Assembly (NCBI GenBank): GCA_951406725.2
Contig: OX597827.1
Span: 36,518,001 to 36,582,000 of the forward strand
DNA length: 64,000 bases
Source of the DNA: Octopus vulgaris
Lineage: Eukaryota
Direction of reading: 5' to 3'
Shown: positions 58,560 through 64,000 of the stretch, piece after piece
Position numbering within the stretch: the first letter of the stretch is position 1
How the letters are laid out: each line of letters opens with the position of its first letter
The notes under the pieces: model-generated
Databases searched by the model: none
Told to the model about the DNA's origin: nothing
What the model saw: the letters and a program-made list of their open reading frames with translations, nothing else
Translations under genes and position numbers: made by a program

Positions 58560-59445
58560 CCATATCTGCATGCTGCAGGAATTCAAAAGGTGGTCTTCAG
58601 CAATAGAAGAGGCAAGAAGTATTTGTTCTGTCGTTGGTGATTTTACTAATTTTGCTCGGAAAATTTTTCTCTTGCAGAACTCCCTCGATTTGGACGAAAA
58701 AGTTTCGAGCTGAAAACCATAGTTAAGGAAAATTCAAAGCAAACTCCACGAGGATTAGAAAAAGAAATTCCATTCAAGTCAAACTTCGATAATAAAACAC
58801 TATCAGAAACTAGAAAACGTGTGTAAACTTGGTCATCATCTAACTATTTCTCAGATTAAATAATGAGAAAAGATTTGCTACCGAACCTTTCCTGGGCCGA
58901 ATCATCTCAAGTGGGGAAAATGTGTTCTCTATCAGCATATCCAACGAAAGAGACAATGGTAGCACTCAATGAAAGGAAGAATCCATTCCCAAACCAGGAC
59001 TATCCCGAAAAAGAATTATACTTTCTTTTTGGTGAGATATGAAAGGTATCATCTATCATGAAGCGTTAAACCAAAACAAAACAGTAATACGGAGAAGTAT
59101 CGTCGTCAATTGGAAGGATTGCACAAAAATTTACAAAAACAGCGGCATTCACTGGCCAATCCTAAAAGGATATTGCACTTACACGATAACGCAAGACCAC
59201 ATATTACCCAAGTCACTCAGAAAAAGATTATGTTACTAAAGATAGAAGTTTTGCTCAGCCTCCTTCCCCTCCTGACCTTGCTCCATTTGACTATCATCTT
59301 TTCCAATCATTGATACCTTATATAAAGGGGAAAAAAAATTATTAATTGTGAAGAAGTTAAAATTGATATACAGTATTTCTCTGCTTCTGAACTCGGATAA
59401 TTTTACGCGCGCGGGATCGATAAATTACCAAGTAGTTAGTATTAA
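58560..59445 (+). pseudogene. Second, more decayed mariner transposase
   Basis: GIIYHEAL..NKTV, LHLHDNARPHI, PDLAPFDYHLF and GIDKLP remnants. Confidence 0.85.
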
Positions 59446-59642
59446 ATTATCAATTTGTCCTGAGTAGGAGTGGTTGTGAGGTAAGTAGCTTGCTTATGAA
59501 CCACATGGTTCCGGGTTCAGAGCCACTGCCTGGCACCTTGGGCAAGTGTCTTCTACTATAGCTTCGGGTCGACCAAACCCTTGTGAGTGGATTTGGTAGA
59601 CGGAAACTGAAAGAAGCCCGTCGTATATATATATATATATAT

Positions 59643-60243
<601 letters not shown>

Positions 60244-61133
60244 TCTGTGTGTCTATATGTTTGTGTGTCTGTGTTTGTCCCCCCAACATCGCTTGACAAT
60301 CGATGCTGGTGTGTTTACGTCCCCGTAACTTAGCGGTTCGGCAAAAGAGACCGATAGAATAAGTACTAAACTTACAAAGAATAAGTCCTGGGGTCGATTT
60401 TCTTTACTAAAGGCGGTGCTCCAGCATGACCACAGTCAAATGACTGAAACAAGTAAAAGAGTAAAAGCGTATGGCTTTAAAATGCATCCGGTAGAGGGGC
60501 CCTGATTCGGTAGTTCTAGGCTTTTGAGGAGAGTGGAACCATCTCTTAGCCATTATTGTTCTCAGGTATATCTGACCCAGAGTAGTAGCACCCACCAGGG
60601 TCCCTGCTATGGGCTAATTAGCATGTTATGAAAAAAAAAAAACTTCAAGCTCAAACCTTCACTGCTTTGGGAAAGGAAAAGGCAAGGGAGTCGACTTCGA
60701 CAGCAAATCAAAGTGTGGAGTCCCTGAAGTTATCGGATGTCCTCTTTGACACCCTTCCGGCAGTTCTAGGATAAGTAGAGCTCTCCAGCCCCGAGAGGGC
60801 TGGATAAGGTCACTCCAATGTAAAAACCTACAACTTGCTGGTCACCGCAGTTGTTTTAGTCCGCTCAACCACTGTAGTCAGACCTCCAAGTCTTAAGAAA
60901 GAGATAAGATTATGCGGACTAATTGTTACTTTAAAAGTACAAAGCGCAGACAGGAAGAAAAGTCCACCAGTGTCAAAGATCGGTTTACATAACAACTTGA
61001 AGACGTGCCACTCTTCTTCGTTATCTTTGTTCTGGGAGAAACTGCCATCATGTTATCAATAATGAGGGGAAATATCGTGATTAATTAAATATATTAAGAC
61101 TAGAGGAGTATTTGTTTCTTCCTCCAACTTGAA

Positions 61134-61164
<31 letters not shown>

Positions 61165-61939
61165 TGTATGTATGTATGTATGTATGTATGTATGTATGTA
61201 TGTATGTATGTATGTATGCATGTATGTATGTATGTATGTATGTATGTATGTATGTATGTATGTATGTATGCATATATGTATGTATGTATGCATACATGTA
61301 TGTGTGTATGCATGTATGCATATATGTATGTGTGCATGTATGTATGTATGTCTATATATCTATAATATAAATTGGACATGGGCGACCGTTGTATTCTTTC
61401 TTGTCGTGAGGTTCACAACCAAACGGCTGGGTGGATTCGCGTGAAAAATGGCACACATGTGGAGACGAGAGCATACACTGGAATGTGATTTGTATTTTAT
61501 CCTAGTCCCCATACTTACCAAGAAAATCGATTAAAACTTTTTCTAATGAAATTCCCCTGTTTATTCCGCCATTAAACAACCAGTTGCTCATACAGCCGGC
61601 ACATGCTATTTTGATAGCAACAAGTGGAGTACAGGATGACAGTCAGCGAAAATTTTCGCTATGCTGTCTCTCTTTTTTCACCTCTTTCTGGGATTACTAA
61701 TCTTAATCTTTAGTTACAGTTTCTCATTCAAACTACATAATAGGCAGTATTGTCGGATTAAGACACTAGGGTGTTTTGAGGGAGATTTGGCTGCTATTTC
61801 TACCAGGTCTAGCTACCAGGTAGACGTCTGAACTTAATTTTCATTTGCATATTTGCATTTCAAAAATTTAACATAATCTTTTCCATAAATCAACAATCGT
61901 AAACACATACACACACGCAAGCACGCAAGCACGCACGCA

Positions 61940-62023
<84 letters not shown>

Positions 62024-62344
62024 TCCATTTCATATATCTTCTTTCAATTTTTGCTCTCTGCAAATAAAATTTTTACGGATACAACTGCTTACAAAAATAG
62101 GAATTAATGTATTTATTTATTTTTATTTGCATGATTAAATCAGTGTTTTAATGATTACATAGAGGTCCAATAGAATAGCTCTCAGAAACAGCCTACATAC
62201 AAATTCCTTCTTCACAACTTCTGAAGCTGTTTTCTGACAAGTGGGGCGGCGTTCAGGAAATTTTCATACAGCTGGAGGCTCCAGTCGAAACAGGGGACCC
62301 GAAATGATAAGGTTGAGAAACGCTCTTATAGATTATGCTTAACC

Positions 62345-62402
62345 GAAAACGATCACAGCCACATCATCCAAACGGACCGGGTGAAATCGGGCTTAGCTGC
62401 TA

Positions 62403-62403
<1 letters not shown>
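62345..62403 (+). mobile_element. Helitron-like 3' end
   Basis: Hairpin-like CCGGGTGAAATCGGG followed by CTAG|T and (TA)n. Confidence 0.5.
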
Positions 62404-62457
<54 letters not shown>

Positions 62458-62492
62458 ATATATATTGTATGTATGTATGCCTATATATATAG

Positions 62493-62534
<42 letters not shown>

Positions 62535-63229
62535 GTGTGTGTGTATTGTGTATGTGTGTATGTCTAAATATATTGATGAATGAATAAATGAAGGAAGAAA
62601 GGAAGGAAGGGAGGGAGGGAGGGGAGGGAGGCAGGAAGGAAAGAAGGAAGGAAGGAAGGAAGTGTACATCGATGGGATTTAAATTCAGAACGTAAATATT
62701 AGTTAAAGTACATTTGGAATATAAAATGACTTGTTCCACAGACATTGCTGTGACAGAATACATCTGACTCTGAGGCACATTAGTGTAGCTCGGAGTTGCG
62801 TAACATTATTTATAGGAGAATCAAATTTCTCAAGAAGAAATAAAGATTATAAGTTTCGTCGTCCATACTATCCAAGGCTTTTGCAACTATAGAAGCAAGT
62901 GGTTAAGAAGCGTAGGAGTTATGCCGTGTAAGATCCAAAACTCTAGCTCGAAAAAGCGTATAAGTTTCATTTTCCAACAGATGTTGGCGTAGGAAATAAT
63001 CTTATGAAGGTATCTCTTACCCACTGTTTTTACGATTTTGTTTAGTTACAGTTGTCAAGAAATAAAATTCACTGTAATAGTGCAGTCCCCGTAGAAAGTC
63101 GTCTAAAGTTTCGGCAGATTGATGACGTCAAGTAACACGTTGATGAACGGCAAGCATTTCAATTTTCGTTTTTACGCCGTAGTCTGTAGCATCCACAAAG
63201 CATTCATATGCAGTCACCGGCGCGTATTT

Positions 63230-63910
63230 CATGAAGTATCGCTGTTTGTTTGGTTCTCTTCCACGGTACGGGACAATGAAATTCTGAAATTAAATTTTCC
63301 AAAGTATCACAAATATTACCCTATGTTTAACAAATGCTTTATAAAATTATCTTACTCTACCACGCCTAATTTGAGATCTATTATTGCATCCATACATAGA
63401 AGTAAACTCCAACTTCAAACGACTAAAAACTTAAATCATCATATTTTACCTCATATAAGTTTGAATAATACAAATAAACCCCAAAAAAAAAGCAATTCTA
63501 TTTAAATCTAAACGTAATCAATCTGAACTAAACGTAGGTCAACCAGACTCAACCTTAATAAATCTGAGTAAAACTATAGAAAGGAGTGCAAAAACATGTA
63601 ATTGTAGGGTCCCCAAATCATGCCTGCTCACTGGATTTTGTTTACGTAAACATGTGATTTATAAATGCTGCGTGGCAAGTGACACAATCAAGCAAGGGTA
63701 TATATAGGAAGTACCATAGTACAATACAGTTATGGGTAGATGTAGAATGTGCCTAAAAGAATCCTACACTATCCTTCGCCTATATAATCCTACTATACTA
63801 AATAAGTTTTCCGATGCTATTTATTGGTGTAATCACATATATTATTTTACTTGCATGAGATTTTATAAGTCCAAATGTACTAAATAATTAGCCTCAGTAA
63901 TTTCATTTGC
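63230..63910 (+). pseudogene. Penelope-like linker/GIY-YIG remnant
   Basis: NFPKYHKYYPMFNK..IKLSYSTTPNLRSII and CNCRVPKSCLLTGFCLRKHVIYKC. Confidence 0.8.
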
Positions 63911-64000
63911 ACAACTTAATATCTTATTACCTATAACAATATATTGCCGAATATAAATTGTAATAAACTCTGTAAGCAACGTAGTTTTTACTCCCATCAG

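Noticed and set aside
60600-61050. Possible LINE 5' UTR/endonuclease start
   Set aside because: No recognisable protein motif on translation by eye.

Overview
AT-rich, microsatellite-saturated metazoan DNA. The SINE repertoire and repeat style point to a coleoid cephalopod, most likely Octopus (inference). The only recognisable host gene is the first coding exon of an Hhex/Prh-like homeobox gene (minus strand, 37946-36509). It is swollen by homopolymer runs, and I could not find its homeobox exons, implying an intron of more than 36 kb. The rest is a transposon graveyard: Penelope-like (RT + GIY-YIG) remnants, R4/Dong-type LINEs sitting in (TAA)n, CR1/jockey-like RT, mariner, Tc1, pogo, hAT and Merlin-like MITEs, non-autonomous Helitrons and tRNA-derived SINEs. 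The most striking signal is about nine unrelated short non-coding element families, mostly inserted in (TA)n tracts. Each carries a type I hammerhead-ribozyme (HHR) core (CUGANGA...GAAA...UH, often with a palindromic helix III), and many are arranged as fold-back hairpins or as a 1.16-mer direct repeat, i.e. a diverse Penelope-pLTR/retrozyme-like system. The region 9.4-16 kb shows duplicated and garbled blocks that may be assembly artefacts. Almost all listed ORFs are microsatellite translations. Coordinates of degraded repeats are approximate; all structures were read by eye.
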